Source of the DNA: Chiloscyllium plagiosum | Lineage: Eukaryota | Direction of reading: 5' to 3' | Assembly: GCF_004010195.1 (NCBI RefSeq) | Contig: NC_057720.1 | Coordinates: 9,965,796-10,023,397 of the forward strand | Length of the DNA stretch: 57,602 bases | Part shown: in pieces, positions 11,880 through 24,722 of the stretch | How positions within the stretch are numbered: the stretch's first letter is position 1 | Layout of the letters: each line of letters opens with the position of its first letter | Notes under the pieces: generated by a model | The model's database searches: none | Told to the model about the DNA's origin: nothing | Seen by the model: the letters and a program-made list of their open reading frames with translations, nothing else | Translations under genes and position numbers: made by a program

Positions 11880-13494
11880 TATGTCACCTCTCAACCTCCC
11901 ACACTCCATTGGAAAATGTCCTAAATTATAGATGAGGAAATGTTTCTTCACTCAGAGAGTAGTGAACCTGTGGAATTCTCTATCACAAAAATTCTGTGGA
12001 GGCTGAGACATTTAATATATTCAATAAAGGGATAGATATATATTTATACTTTAAAGGTATCAAGGAGCAGAGACCAAAAATGGGAAAATGGCATTGAGAT
12101 AGAGGATCAGCCATGATCTTAGCAAATATTGAAGCAAGATTGAAGGGCCCAATGGCCTACGCCTGCTTCTAATTTATTTTTCTCTGCATCTGGCTTGGAA
12201 ACATTTAGATCAGTCAGTTAGATATGGGACCAAGAGCTGTGGGAACAAACTTGGAAAACAGTTGCTGTCTGACAAAGCCAGGGCAGGGAGCATTGGAAGA
12301 GGCCACTAGAAACCGGGGTGTTCTTGATCAAAGAGGTAATGAAGACCACACTTGAATGGAAGAGTCCACCAGTTTTGATGCCTCAAAGGAAAGTTTAAGT
12401 GTTACTTCACCAAAAATTAATAGAAAAGTCAACATCTTACACAAAACCTAAGTGGGAAATTTAAGGAGATCTAATGTGAATTTAGAGAGTCGTGACTTAT
12501 CTTTGGGATGGCCCCAGAAGAAGTGAAGAAACCTTCAAGACCCTTGTAAATAACTAAGGGAATCATTTCAGGGAAGAAAAGAACCAACAAAGTATTTGTT
12601 AAGTTAATGGTGCCGACTTTGTTCAATTTTATTTTTAATTATGTTTTGTTTTAAAACGTGACATCATGTGATAGTTTACTTTCAATTAATTACTACATGT
12701 CCAAATTTCTCTTTAAACATGAATGTTCTCTAACAGGTTTGTAAAGCAGGACTCAAAACTGCAGATTGACCAATGCAGCGCTCGAGCTTTTAATAGTGCA
12801 GGGAGGCATGAGGAGAGGTGCCAATGGATGAGGAAGGATAAAGAGTCACTTAAAACCACCTTCAGAAGGGAGTGGGAGCTGATGGCAATTAACTGCTGTA
12901 ATCTTCACCCGAGGACCTAACAGGTCGGTCACAAGAGACCAATTGACCTGTGACCAACATGAATATAACTTCAAAAATTTTAAGGTGAGAGGTAAAATAT
13001 TTAAAAGAGACCTGAGGGGCAAACCTTTCACACAGAGGGTGATTCATATGTGGGATTAACTGCCAGAGGAAACTGTAGATACAACTACTGTTACAACATT
13101 TAAATGACATTTGGATGGGTACATGAATAGAAAATGGTTAGGGGGATTTGGGCCAAATGCAGACAGGTAGGATCAATGTCGTTCAGGAATCTTGATCGGA
13201 ATGGACAGGTTGGACAGAAGAGTCTGTTTCCAAACTGTATGATTCTAAGATATTTCTTACTCATTAAATGCAAAATACTGCAGATGCTGGAAGTCTGAAT
13301 GCTGGAGAAAATCAGCAAGTCTGGGCAGCATCTGTGGAGATAAAGCAGAGTTAATATTTTGAATTTGGTATGACTATTCTACACACACACACACACTGCA
13401 CTGGACTTTCCCTCCATTGGTCAAGAAGCATCAAGACTACTTGTAGCAGCCATTCCTGTTCCACTGTCTAGCAAGACAGATAAAACCCTCCTGG

Positions 13495-13910
13495 TGTGTA
13501 TATCTGTATGTAAATCTGTGATATATCTGAGTAGATATCAGTGATATATCTGTGTGTAAATCTGTGATATATCTGTGATATATCTCTGTGTATATCTGTG
13601 ATACTTCTGTGTGTATATCTGTGATGTATCTGTGATATATCTGTGTGTAAATCTGTGATATATTTGTGTGTAAATCTGTGATATATCTGTGATATATCTG
13701 TGTGTAAATCTGTGATATATCTGTGATACTTCTGTGTGTATATCTGTGATGTATCTGTGATATATCCGTGTGTAAATCTGTGTGTATATCTGTATTTATA
13801 TCTGTGATATATTTGTGTGTAAATCTGTGTTATATATGCATGTATATCTGTGATATATCTGTGTATATGTCTGTGTTATGCATGTGTGTATATCTGTGAT
13901 ATATCTGTGG
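13495..13910. repeat. Low-complexity minisatellite built from (ATATCTGTG[AT/TG])n, units of about 12 bp
   Basis: Directly visible repeated tatctgtgata / aaatctgtg units. Confidence 0.9.
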
Positions 13911-14073
13911 TTCTTTCAAACAGTTACTAAATGATCTGGGAGAAGAGTGCATACCCCAACATCTCTTTTTGTAAATAAAGCTTATATTTAAAAAAAAATG
14001 ATTTACTGTAACACAGGTTATGTGGAACATACAACGTGTGTGCTCAATGATAAAATTGCTTGCTAAAAGCTGA

Positions 14074-14079
14074 TTTATT
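14074..14079 (-). terminator. Polyadenylation signal AATAAA of vtg
   Basis: tttatt on the plus strand about 165 nt downstream of the stop codon, followed by T/GT-rich sequence. Confidence 0.75.
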
Positions 14080-14242
14080 GAGTTCTACAAATGACAATTC
14101 AGTGCATCTAAAACTAATTCATTTTAAAAGTTATTGAATGCGTCCTTATTTCATTGCGTCTTTATCTCTTCAATTGCAACTGTTGTATGGCTATTTGGTT
14201 ACAGTCTCTGCATCAAATTGACATAAATTCCAGTCATTTTGC

Positions 14243-14364
14243 TTAACTGCAGCTGGAAGGACATGAACAGGCGATGTGAGCTTCAACCGTGTTTATCAAG
14301 TCTTCAGTCTTTTGACCAAAAGTGGTGGACGCCAGCAACTTATCGCTAGGATTTGCTTGAGAAT
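14243..14364 (-). CDS. vtg: Vitellogenin last coding exon (D)SQANPSDKLLASTTFGQKTEDLINTVEAHIACSCPSSCS*
   Basis: Acceptor atattttgcag|AT (phase 1), TAA at 14245-14243. QK.ED...TV.AH..C.C...C terminal motif. Confidence 0.95.
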
Positions 14365-14639
14365 CTGCAAAATATTACATCATGTTTACTTTGGCCTGCG
14401 GGTAAAGCTATCCAGTGTATTATAGTGACACTGCTGTTCAACTGAGGTAAGGAGACTGTTGTCAAGACTCCCAGAAGCATCTCAAAGCAATTCCCATATA
14501 ATGATGATGGCAGTGAACAACAGGAGAACTTCAAATAGTGCCAAAGTATCCAACTAAACTGTGGGGAACCAATTTGGTATCCTCAAGTGAAGGAGGTAAC
14601 AAAGGTGAAGAGATTTAGAATCTTAGAATTGAATCATAG

Positions 14640-14984
14640 AATTAGATTAGATTAGATTACTTACAGTGTGGAAACAGGCCCTTCGGCCCAACAAGTCCAC
14701 ACCGACCCGCCGAAGCGCAACCCACCCATACCCCTACATTTACCCCTTTAACCTAACACTACGGGCAATTTAGCATGGCCAATTCACCTGACCCGCACAT
14801 CTTTGTGACTGTGGGAGGAAACCGGAGCACCCGGAGGAAACCCACGCAGACACGGGGAGAATGTGCAAACTCCACACAGTCAGTCGCCTGAGTCGGGAAT
14901 TGAACCCAGGTCTCTGGCGCTGTGAGGCAGCAGTGCTAACCACTGTGCCACCGTGCCACCACTGTGCCACCGTGCCACTGTGTC
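14640..14984 (-). mobile_element. HE1-type tRNA-derived V-SINE, young copy; an older copy is adjacent at about 14986-15292
   Basis: A box TGGCACAGTGG, B box GGTTCAATTCC, V-domain tgtgtggagtttgcacattctccccgtgtctgcgtgggtttcctccggg, (TAATC)n tail. Confidence 0.9.
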
Positions 14985-15709
14985 CAGAATCCCTGGAAGA
15001 ACAACACCAACCCTCCAAAACATATCTCACCTAGACTTACCTCCTATCCTATCCCTGTAACTCTGCATTTCCCACGGTTAACCCACCTCACCTACACATC
15101 CCTGGACATTATGGGCAATCTAGCATGGCCGATCCACTGAACCTGCACACCTTTTGGACTGTTGGTGGAAACCATGCAGACACGGGGAGAACGTGCAAAC
15201 TCCACACAAACAGTTACCTGAGGGAGGGGTAGAACCCAAGTTTCTGGCATTGTGAGGCAGCAGTGCTAACAACTGAGCCGCCATGCCGTCCCATTAATGT
15301 GCATTTAGGAGAAGAGCTTTAAACTGCAAGAAAATACTGACGGAAGGTTCTGTTACTGCGGAGGTGGGTGGACTGTGGATTGGAAGGGCAAAACACAAAG
15401 CCAGGGAATGCGACTGACAGTAAGTATACATAGGGATTTTTAAACATTGAAGAGAATTCCGAAACCAACATGCCTAGTGATAGGCTCAAAGTGGAGGTCA
15501 ATGAGAATTACTGATGGATCAGCGCACTTCAAATTGGAAAGCAAGTAATTGTTTATAAATGCTCTCCGAACCTCAAATCTACTCCTATTGGCCTTGCATA
15601 ACTCACTTTCCTGTTCTATATAGAGTTGTAAAAAAGTTGTTTCTGTTGAAGAGATTATTAAAACATATGGGATCCTCAGTTTCAATAATAGAGGCAAAGA
15701 ATATAAAAG

Positions 15710-16020
15710 AGGGGAGGCGATGCCCTATTGGTGTTATCACTGGACCGTTAATCCAGAGCCTGTGACAATGTCCTGGGACCCAGGTTTGAATCCCATCAGG
15801 GCAGATGGTAGAATTTGAAATCAATAAAAATCTAGAGTTATGTGTCTAATGAGGACTGTGAATCGATTGTCAGGAAAAAAAATCTATTTCACCAAAGCCC
15901 TTTGTGGAAGGAAACTGCCATTCTTACCTGGTCTGGCTACAAGTGACTCCAGACCAAGAGCAATGTGGTTGACTCCTAACTGCTCTCTGGGGCAATTAGG
16001 GATGGGTAATAAATGCTGCT
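15710..16020 (+). mobile_element. Second tRNA-headed SINE family (other copies at about 4070-4280, 26845-27180, 29215-29535, 32370-32820 on the minus strand)
   Basis: A-box-like TGCCCTATTGG, B-box-like GGTTTGAATCC, and a 3' tail gggcaattagggatgggtaataaatgct shared with the LINE remnant ending near 24320. Confidence 0.65.
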
Positions 16021-16686
16021 GAGCATTTTAAAAAGCAAAGATATTAACCATCTGTAAACAGTTGGTTAGGTCTCAGCTGCAGCATTATATCCAAAAGAAT
16101 GTACACTTGAAGATAAGTAAATGGGTTTATTTTACTTTATTTTCTCAGAAATTCTAATCTCCTGATTATTCACATCTTTTATTTTCCCCCAATGCTACTG
16201 CCATATTGCAGTGGATTTCATATTCCTCAGCACCCCCTCCTTGTATGTGTGTAGATGCAAGATACAGTGAAAAACACTAAGTGAAAATAATGTTATTAAA
16301 ATTCCACCACCAGAAAAGACACCTGTGCGGCCAATGAACCAGTGACAAGCAAAGCACAGAGCGAGCAATGCTTACGTGAAAAAGGTGAAGGAGAAGGTAG
16401 GGACTAAAATCAAAACAGAATTAGAGGGGGAAATAAAGCGCTCCACTCCCAGCAGTGCCTACCTCTCCCTAAAGAGGCGCAAACTATTAGTGACTGGGTT
16501 CATGAGGAAAGGACGGGTGGAGTGGGTCTGATTGGGCAGGTCTTAACACACGTTGGCACAGGTGTAACCGACCAAATGTCATCTTGTCTGCCTCATTCTG
16601 CAATGACCATAATATCAAAATCATTCACTGTTATGGAATAACAAAGACTGGACAGCACAGCCACACAAACAACCAAGGAAACATAC

Positions 16687-16848
16687 CGGCTGGAAGGCAA
16701 TGAAAGCCATAGACAACTGGGACTGTCTGATTTGGTGAGCATCCAACCTGGCACTGTAAAACAGGGTCAACAGTGTAGCATTTGGATTCCTGTCCATGTA
16801 TGTTGACTGAGTTCTCCAGCTTCATGGTCTGTTTCATCAGTTTGCAAC
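16687..16848 (-). CDS. vtg: Vitellogenin C-terminal exon (G)CKLMKQTMKLENSVNIHGQESKCYTVDPVLQCQVGCSPNQTVPVVYGFHCLPA
   Basis: Acceptor actctttcag|GT, donor GCC G|gtatgt (phase 1/1). SKCY...PVL.C..GC......V..GFHCLP signature. Confidence 0.97.
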
Positions 16849-17062
16849 CTGAAAGAGTAGTTAAGGCAAGAGTTAGCTACTGCCCACGGTCACGCATGAT
16901 AACTGGAGTTAGCAGGTTGTTTCTGATGGCTCTGGGACCTGGATTTTCATCACGTTCAGTCTTGAGTGGCAGACTTTGAACAGAGCCAGAGTTTGGGCTG
17001 GAGACATTTTCTTAGTTTCCCACAGGCTGTATCTGGATTTTTTTTTAGGACTTCCCATATTG

Positions 17063-18112
17063 ATCTCGGTGGTGGGCAAGTTGTTGGAGGGAATCCTGAG
17101 GGACAGGATGTACATGCATTTGGAAAGGTAAGGACTGGTTAGGGATAGTGAACATGGCTTTGTGCGTGGGAAATTATGTCTCACAAACTTGACTGAGTTT
17201 TTTGAAGAAGTAACAAATAGGATTGATGAGGGCAGAGTGATAGATGTGATCTGTATGGACTTCAGTAAGGCATTCGACAAGGTTCCCGATGGGAGACTGG
17301 TTAGCAAGGTTAGATCTCATGGAATACAGGGAGAACTAGCTATTTTGATACAGAACTGGCTCAAAGGTAGAAGACAGAGGGTGGTGGTGGAGGGTTGTTT
17401 TTCAGACTGGAGACCTNNNNNNNNNNNNNNNNNNNNNNNNNNNNNNNNNNNNNNNNNNNNNNNNNNNNNNNNNNNNNNNNNNNNNNNNNNNNNNNNNNNN
17501 NNNNNNNNNNNNNNNNNNNNNNNNNNNNNNNNNNNNNNNNNNNNNNNNNNNNNNNNNNNNNNNNNNNNNNNNNNNNNNNNNNNNNNCTTTATTGGTCAGA
17601 GTATTGAGTACAGGAATTGGGAGGTCATGTTGCGGCTGTACAGGACATTGGTTAGGCCACTGTTGGAATATTGCGTGCAATTCTGGTCTCCTTCCTATCG
17701 GAAAGATGTTGTGAAACTTGAAAGGGTTCAGAAAAGATTTACAAGGATGTTGCCAGAGTTGGAGGATCTGAGCTACAGGGAGTGGCTTAACAGGCTGGGG
17801 CTGTTTTCCCTGGAGCGTCGGAGGCTGAGGGGTGACCTTATAGAGGTTTACAAAATTATGAGGGGCATGGATAGGATAAATAGGCAAAGTCTTTTCCTGG
17901 GGTGGGGGAGTCCAGAACTAGAGGGCATAGGTTTAAGGTGAGAGGGGAAAGGTATAAAAGAGACCTAAGGGACAACCTTTTCATGCAGAGGGTGGTATGT
18001 GTATGAAATGAACTGCCAGAGGATGTGATGGAGGCTGGTACAAGTTCAACATTTAAAAGGCATCTGGATGGGTATTTGAATAGGAAGGGTTTGGAGAGAT
18101 ATCTGTGACTCT
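17063..18112 (+). mobile_element. CR1 (HER1-like) LINE RT and 3' fragment spanning an N gap
   Basis: ORF 17162..17941: CLTNLTEFFEEVT...DFSKAFDKVP...LVRPLLEYCVQFWSP. Confidence 0.92.
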
Positions 18113-19261
18113 ATTTGAACAAGTTAGATTCAATTGAGGTGTTAATGGTGTAACATTATGTGCCATCACTCTGTAGTAAGAGGCGAGAGGTCAATATTTT
18201 GAAGACGCTTCATACTTAATAATTTTTGTGGACTTTAGTAGTCAAGAAAGTGAATGGAATGCTGGCCTTCATATCTATAGGCCTGGAGGTTAGTGATCCA
18301 AACATTATGCTGCTGCGAAATAAAATCCAAATAATTCCCCACTTAAAACATGTGAGAAAACCTGGGAACCACACCATGCTTTGTTCCTGGAGTGACCTCA
18401 AAGCAGGTTTACAAGAATGATACCCAGACTTCAGGGGTTAGGTTATGAGACAAATTAGGCCTTTATTCTCTGGAATTTCGAAAGGTTAAAGGTTGATATA
18501 ATTGAGGTGTTCAGGATATTTATAGGGAAAGGCGGGGTGGATAAGGATAAACTATTTTCACTGGTTGAAGATTCCAGAACTAGGGGAGCATTGTCTAAGA
18601 ATTAGGGCCTGGCTATTCAGGAGAGACATTAGAAAAAAACTTCTACACACAAAGAGTAGTGCAAGTTTGGAGCTCTTCCTCAAATGGCAGTCAATGCTGA
18701 TACAATTGTTAAATTTAAATCTGAGGGAGACAAATTTTTATTAAGCAAGAGTATCAAGAGATATGGGCCCATGGCAAGCATATAGAGTTAGGCCCACACC
18801 TGCTCCTATGTTCCCCTGAATCAAGTTTGAAGGATTTTGAAAATGTCTGAGTTGCCTTTTTTTGTAAAATGAAGAGATAGTGAAGAAAAAGAAACAGTAC
18901 ATGGACTATTTCTTCTTAAACAAGGCATGCCTTGGAAACTACACTATTCCAGATCATTGCTGGGTGGCACAGTGGCTCAGTGGTTAGCCTCACAGTGCCA
19001 GGGACACAGGTGAAATTCCACTCTCGGGTGACTGTGTGGAGTTTGCACGTTCTCTCTGTGTCTGCGAGGGTTTATTCCAGGTGTGCTGGTTTCCTCCCAC
19101 AGTCCACCAAATATGCAGGTTGGGTGGACTGGCCATGCTAAATTGCCCATAGTGTGCAGGGATGTGTAGCTTAGGTGGATTAGCCATGGAAAATGCAGAG
19201 TTAAGGGATAGGGGGTGGAAATGCTGGGTAGAAATGCTCCTTAGGGAGTTGGTGTGCACTT

Positions 19262-20912
19262 CGAACATAGAACAGTACAATGCAGAACAGGCCCTTCGAC
19301 CCTCGATGTTGCGCTGACCTGTGAACTAATCTAAGACTATCCGATCATCCATATGCTTGTCAAAGGACTGTTTAAACGCCCCTAATGTGGCTGAGTTAAC
19401 TACATTGGCAGGCAGGGCATTCCACGCCCTTACCACCCTCTGAGTAAAGAGCCTGCCTCTTACATCTGTCTTAAATCTATCATCCCTCAATTTGCAGCTA
19501 TGTCCCCTTGTACAAGCAGATGTCATCATCCTAGGAAAAAGGCTCTCACTGTCTACCCTACCTAATCCTCTGATCATCTTGTATGTCTCTATTAGATCCC
19601 CTCTTAACCTTCTTCTTTCCAATAAGAACAGACCCAAGTCCCTCAGTCTTTCCTCATAAAACCTTCCCTCCAGACCAGGCAACATTATGGTAAATCTCCT
19701 CTGCACCTTTTCCAATGCTTCCACATCCTTCCTGGAATGGCGTGACCAGAACTGCACACAATATTCCAAGTGAGGCCGCACTAGCATTTTGTACAATTAC
19801 AACATGACATCACTGATCCGGAACTCAATCCCTTTATCAATAAAACCTAACACACCGTATTCCTTTTTAACACCACTACCAACCTGGGCGGCAACTTTCA
19901 GGGATCTATGTAAATGGACACCAAGATCCCTCTGCACATCCACACTACCAAGAATCTTTTCATTGACCCAGTATTCTGCCTTCCTGTTATTCTTCCCAAA
20001 GTGAATCACCTCACATTTAGCTGCATTGTACTCCATTTGCCACCTCTCAGCCCAGTTCTGCAGTTTATCCAAGATCCCTGCAACCTGAAACATTCTTCCA
20101 CCGACTTTAGTATCATCTGCAAACTTACTAACCCATCTACTTATGCCTGTGTCCAAATCATTTATAAAAATGACAAACAGCAATGGTCCCAAAACAGATC
20201 CCTGTGGCACACCACTAGTAACCGGACTCCAGGCTGAATATTTTCCATCAACCACCATTTGTTGCCTTCTTACAGAAAGCCAGTTTCTAATCTAGACTGC
20301 TAAATTACCTTCAATCCCATGCCTCTGCATTTTCTCCAACAGCCTACCATGTGGAACCTTATCAAAGGCTTTACTGAAGTCCAGGTACACCACGTGAACT
20401 TCCCAACCCTCCTCCACATGCTTGGTCACCTTCTCAAAAAACTCAATGAGGTTTGTGAGACATGACCTGCCCTTGACGAATCCATGTTGACTATTTCTAA
20501 TCAAATTTTTGCTTGCTAGATGATTATAAATCCTATCTCTTATAATGCTTTCCAAAACTTTTCCTACAACTGACATAAAACTCGCTGGTCTATAATTACC
20601 TCGGTCATCTCTACTGCCCTTCTTGAACAAGGGTACAACATTTGCAATCCTTCAGTCCTCTGGTACTAAACCTGTAGACAATGATGACTCAAAGATCAAA
20701 GCCAATGGCTCGGCCATCTCCTTCCTAGCTTCCCAGAGAATTTTCGGAAAAATCCCATCTGGCCCAGGGGACTAACCTACTTTCACAGCTTTTAGAATTG
20801 ATAACACCTCCTCCTTACTAAACTCAATCCTTTCAAGTTTAATAGCCCGTATCTCAGTCTTCTCCTCTAAGGTATTCTCCTTTTCCTGAGTAAAAACAGA
20901 TGAAAAATATTC
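19262..20912 (-). mobile_element. CR1 LINE RT and 3' end inserted into an HE1 SINE (SINE halves at about 18960-19260 and 20913-20958)
   Basis: ORFs 20292..20630, 19797..20258 (GVPQGSVLGP, SKFADD) and 19326..19796; SINE sequence resumes after the insertion. Confidence 0.92.
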
Positions 20913-21454
20913 TTGTTGGGCTGGAAAGCCTGTTTCCACACTGTAGGGATTCTATGGTTGCTCAAACCCACTTTATGACTGTTTTATAACAGGGTCTTAT
21001 GTCTGCTCCTCTGTTCACAAGGTTGGGGTTTGAGATTAAATTGTCACTTTGGGAACACTTGCTCCAGAATCAGCTCTCAGCTCATGTTTCCTGTTTCTGA
21101 GATATGTTTCATATGAGATCAATTTGAAATATAATAGTTCTCCAGATGAATACTTCTCAATATTATATTTCCCCAGCAAGCTGTGTTTGCCAAGACTCTA
21201 ACGAGAATTGCACATGATTATGGACATGACCATTTGTGCAATAGTACCAGAACATCATAACCCCTATGCTTTTTCTCTTCAAGAGCAACCACCATTCACA
21301 AGAAAGTGCTTTTCTTTTTAGAAAGAATCTCTACAGAGAGAAATTTATTTTGTTCCCAAAGGATAAGCACTTATTTTTTCAGATTGCAAATCATGTGCCT
21401 TGACCAATTTTGCATCTTCATTGAATTTATTTTGGTTTATAATCAATCAAGTTT

Positions 21455-21785
21455 AGAATCCTCGAGTACCTACTGTGCAGAAAGAGGGCATTCAGCCCAT
21501 TGAATCTACACCTAGCCTCTGAAGAGCAGACCCATCCCTCTACCCTACCCCCATAACCCCATATTTACCATGGCTAACCCACCTAGCCTGCACAACCCTG
21601 ACACTATGGGCAATATAGCATGGCCAATCCATCTAACCTGCACATCTTTGGACTGTGGGAGGAAACCCACACAGACACAGGGAGAATGTGCAAACTCTAC
21701 ACATCAGTCACACAAGGGTGGAATTGAATCCAGGTCCTTCGTGCTGTGAGGCAACAGTGCTAACCACTGAGCCACTGTGCCACCA
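21455..21785 (-). mobile_element. HE1-type V-SINE (further copies at about 43222-43580 +, 48218-48563 -, 49526-49827 -, 52948-53273 -, and 54925-55730 + split by a CR1 tail)
   Basis: Same A/B boxes and V-domain as 14640-14984. Confidence 0.85.
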
Positions 21786-22741
21786 ATTCATTAAAGAAAT
21801 CTGACTAGAACAATTATGCACTCTTCCAGCTTCCATTGCAATGACAGCCAGTGCATTTTGGTGTACAGTGTCACTATATGGAGAGGGGACAGAGGTTAAT
21901 TATTGTGGGGGAGCTGTCTGGCTGCATGTCTCTACAGCATTCTCTCAACACAGTCAGGGAACTTGCTGCAGGGCCCATGACAAAACCTCGCATGCGGAAT
22001 CTCTTAATGTGGGAGGCTGCTGTGTTGCAGTTACCCCCTTGTTCTGTTGACCGGGAAACCTTCCTGTTCTTACTGCCTGCCTTAGGTGTATTGGAAGGAC
22101 TTACAGACTGACAGTCATACAGGCATCAAGGCACACTAAAAGGCCCTTTGACTCATCGAGGCTATGCTAGTAAAAAAACAACCACCAAACTATTTTAATT
22201 TCATTTTCCAGCACTAGACCCATAGTCTTGTATGTCTTGGCACATCCAAACACCTCTTCAATGTTGTGAGGGTTTCTTCCTCTCCCACCCTTACAGGCTG
22301 TGAGTTCCAGATTCCCTACCACCCTCTGGATGATAAAGTTTGCCCTCACATCCCCTCTAAACCTTCTGCCCCTCACCTTAACTCCATGCCTCCTCGTTAA
22401 TGACCCTTCCATCAAGGGGAATAGTTTCTTCCTGTCTCCACCCATCACAGTTTTATACATCTCAATCATGGCCCCCCCTCCCCAGTCTATTCTGCTCAAA
22501 GGAGAACAATCCCAGACTCTCTCCATGTGCTGAATGAATGAATGAATTAACTTTATTGTCACATGTACTCAAATGAGTACAGTGAAAAGTTTATAACTCG
22601 CCACTGAATGCTGTGAGGAAAATGATTAAGTTCAAATCCTTTTGAACATGGAAATCATATCCAGACACATTGGTCCGAATTCATCAAGAATGGCTGCTAG
22701 CAAGTATTTGTGGCACGTTAACCAGTTTGGTATCTGGAAGA

Positions 22742-22995
22742 AGGTGAAAGTGAGGACTGCAGATGCTGGAGATCAGAGTCAAAAAGTATGGTGCTGGAAA
22801 AGCACAGCAGGTCAGGCTGCATCCAAGGAGCAGGAAAGTTGAAGTTTCAGGCATAAACCCTTCATCAGGAACTCTTGTTCGTGTGATGCAAATCAGGAAC
22901 TCCTGATGAAGGGCTTATGCCTGAAACGTCGACTCTCCTGCTCCTTGGATACTGCCTGACCTGCTGTGCTTTTCCAGCGCCACATGTTTCGACAC
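22742..22995. mobile_element. Palindromic double-pLTR insertion with 14-bp TSD TGGTATCTGGAAGA
   Basis: Direct repeats at 22728-22741 and 22996-23009; inverted arms of about 92 bp. Confidence 0.85.
22903..22930 (+). ncRNA. Minimal hammerhead ribozyme motif
   Basis: CUGAUGA-A-GGGC UUAU GCCU-GAAA-CG-UC, with a G-U wobble closing stem II. Confidence 0.65.
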
Positions 22996-23060
22996 TGGTA
23001 TCTGGAAGATCCCAGGATGCTGAAATTCCTACTCACAGAAACGGAAATGGATATCTTTAC

Positions 23061-23220
23061 CGTCTTTACAGCTTTCCCCTGGCAGTAACCACGAGTGTGC
23101 AAATTTCAGAATTTCTCTGGTGCTGCGTTTATTTGGTTGTTGATACTCATTTCTCCTCAGGGAATCACTTTGCCCACACAATCCACATGTACTCTCAGCC
23201 ATCCACGGCATCACTGAAAC
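23061..23220 (-). CDS. vtg: Vitellogenin VWD exon VSVMPWMAESTCGLCGQSDSLRRNEYQQPNKRSTREILKFAHSWLLPGESCKD
   Basis: Acceptor cctttccaaaccag|GTT, donor GAC G|gtaaag (phase 0/1). WM...TCGLCG and FAHSW motifs. Confidence 0.97.
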
Positions 23221-24384
23221 CTGGTTTGGAAAGGCAGAAGGAGAATTTCATGAAGTTGCAGGATAATCCTTCATTCAAGGCCAATCAAGTAACATTTCCA
23301 CCACACAAATGCCAGGCAATGATTATCTCCAATAAGAGACAATCTAACCACTGTCCCTTGACCTTCAATGCTGTTACCATCACTGAATCAGCCGCTCGCA
23401 ACATCCTTGGGTTACCAATGACCAGAACTGATTTGGATTAGCCACATAAATACGGTGCTTAAAATAAAGCAAAGAACTGTGGATGTTGGAGAGATGAAAC
23501 AAAAACAGAAATTGCTGGAGAAACTCAGCAGGCCTGGCCATATGTGTGAAGAGTTAATGTTTCGAGTCCAATGACTCTTCATTAGAACAGTGAGGAAAAA
23601 GTGGCATTTATGATGAAGATGAAATTAGGGCGAGGGTGGGGAGAGGTGAACAGATAGGTGGAGACAGAGCCCAGGGAGAGAGAGGGGTATGAAAAGGGGA
23701 GGTAAAAGGGATTATTGATTGTATACTAAATACAGGATCTACAAGAACAGGTCATAGACAAGTAACACATCACCTGGTTCTCTGAAGCCTGTCCATCATC
23801 TACAAGACACAAATCAGGAGTGTGATGAAATACTCCTCAATTGCCTCAATGCAGCTCCAATAACATTGAAGAGAAACACCATCCAGGACAAAACAGCTTG
23901 CTTGATTGGCATCACATGCACAAACATCCACTCCCATCACCACTGACACTCAGTAGCAGCAGTGTGCTAATCTACAAGATGCACTGCAGAAATTCAACAA
24001 AGTTCCACAGACAGAACCTTCCCAAACATTACACCGCTTCCATCTAGAAGGACAAAGGCAGCAGATCCATGGGAGTAGCCCCACCCGCAAGCTCTCCTCC
24101 AAGCCAAGCACATTCCTGAGTTGGAAATATATTGCTATTCCTTCAGTGTCACTGCTTCAAAATCTTGGAATTCCCTCCCTAATGGCATTATGGGTCAACC
24201 CACAGCACATGGACTGCAGCTGCTCAAGACAACTCACCCCCCACCTTCTCAAGGGCAGCTAGGGATGGGCAATAAATGCTGGGCCCAGCCAGCAATGCCC
24301 ATATCCATGAGTGAATAAAAAATATTGTTCTGATGAACAGGATGATTGTAACTCCCTCAGCGCGCTTGGATTTATAGGCAGATT

Positions 24385-24722
24385 TATAACGATGCTGCTC
24401 CTTTAACAAGGTTATGTTATCCTTAGTTTTTTTCTCAGAGGGGTCGTAATCGCAGAGATTCCAAAATGTCTGGGTTTATTCATTTGAAGAAGCTTTTAAG
24501 TTTTTTTTTTATCAAACCCTTGTACAATGAAAGGGGAGTGGCCATTTCTCCCAGCTCAGCTTTTCTCTAATTTGGTTTGGGTTTGGTTTTAGCAGGCACT
24601 TGGTGTTTGAGGCTGCTTGTCAAAGAAACAGTGATGTGGAAGAATCTCTCAGCCATCTCTCGCTCTCTCAGCCATCTCTCTCTCTCAGCCATCTCTCTCT
24701 CTCTCTCCCTCTCTCTCTCAGC
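24385..24722 (+). mobile_element. Partial LTR-like element, same family as 54239-54868, running into a CT microsatellite and an N gap
   Basis: Shared start gatgctgctcctttaacaagg and shared internal tacaatgaaagggga.tggcca.ttctcccagctcag. Confidence 0.65.

Noticed and set aside
14880..14960. tRNA gene-like A and B boxes
   Set aside because: They are heads of HE1 SINEs, continuing into the V-domain and tail without a complete cloverleaf.
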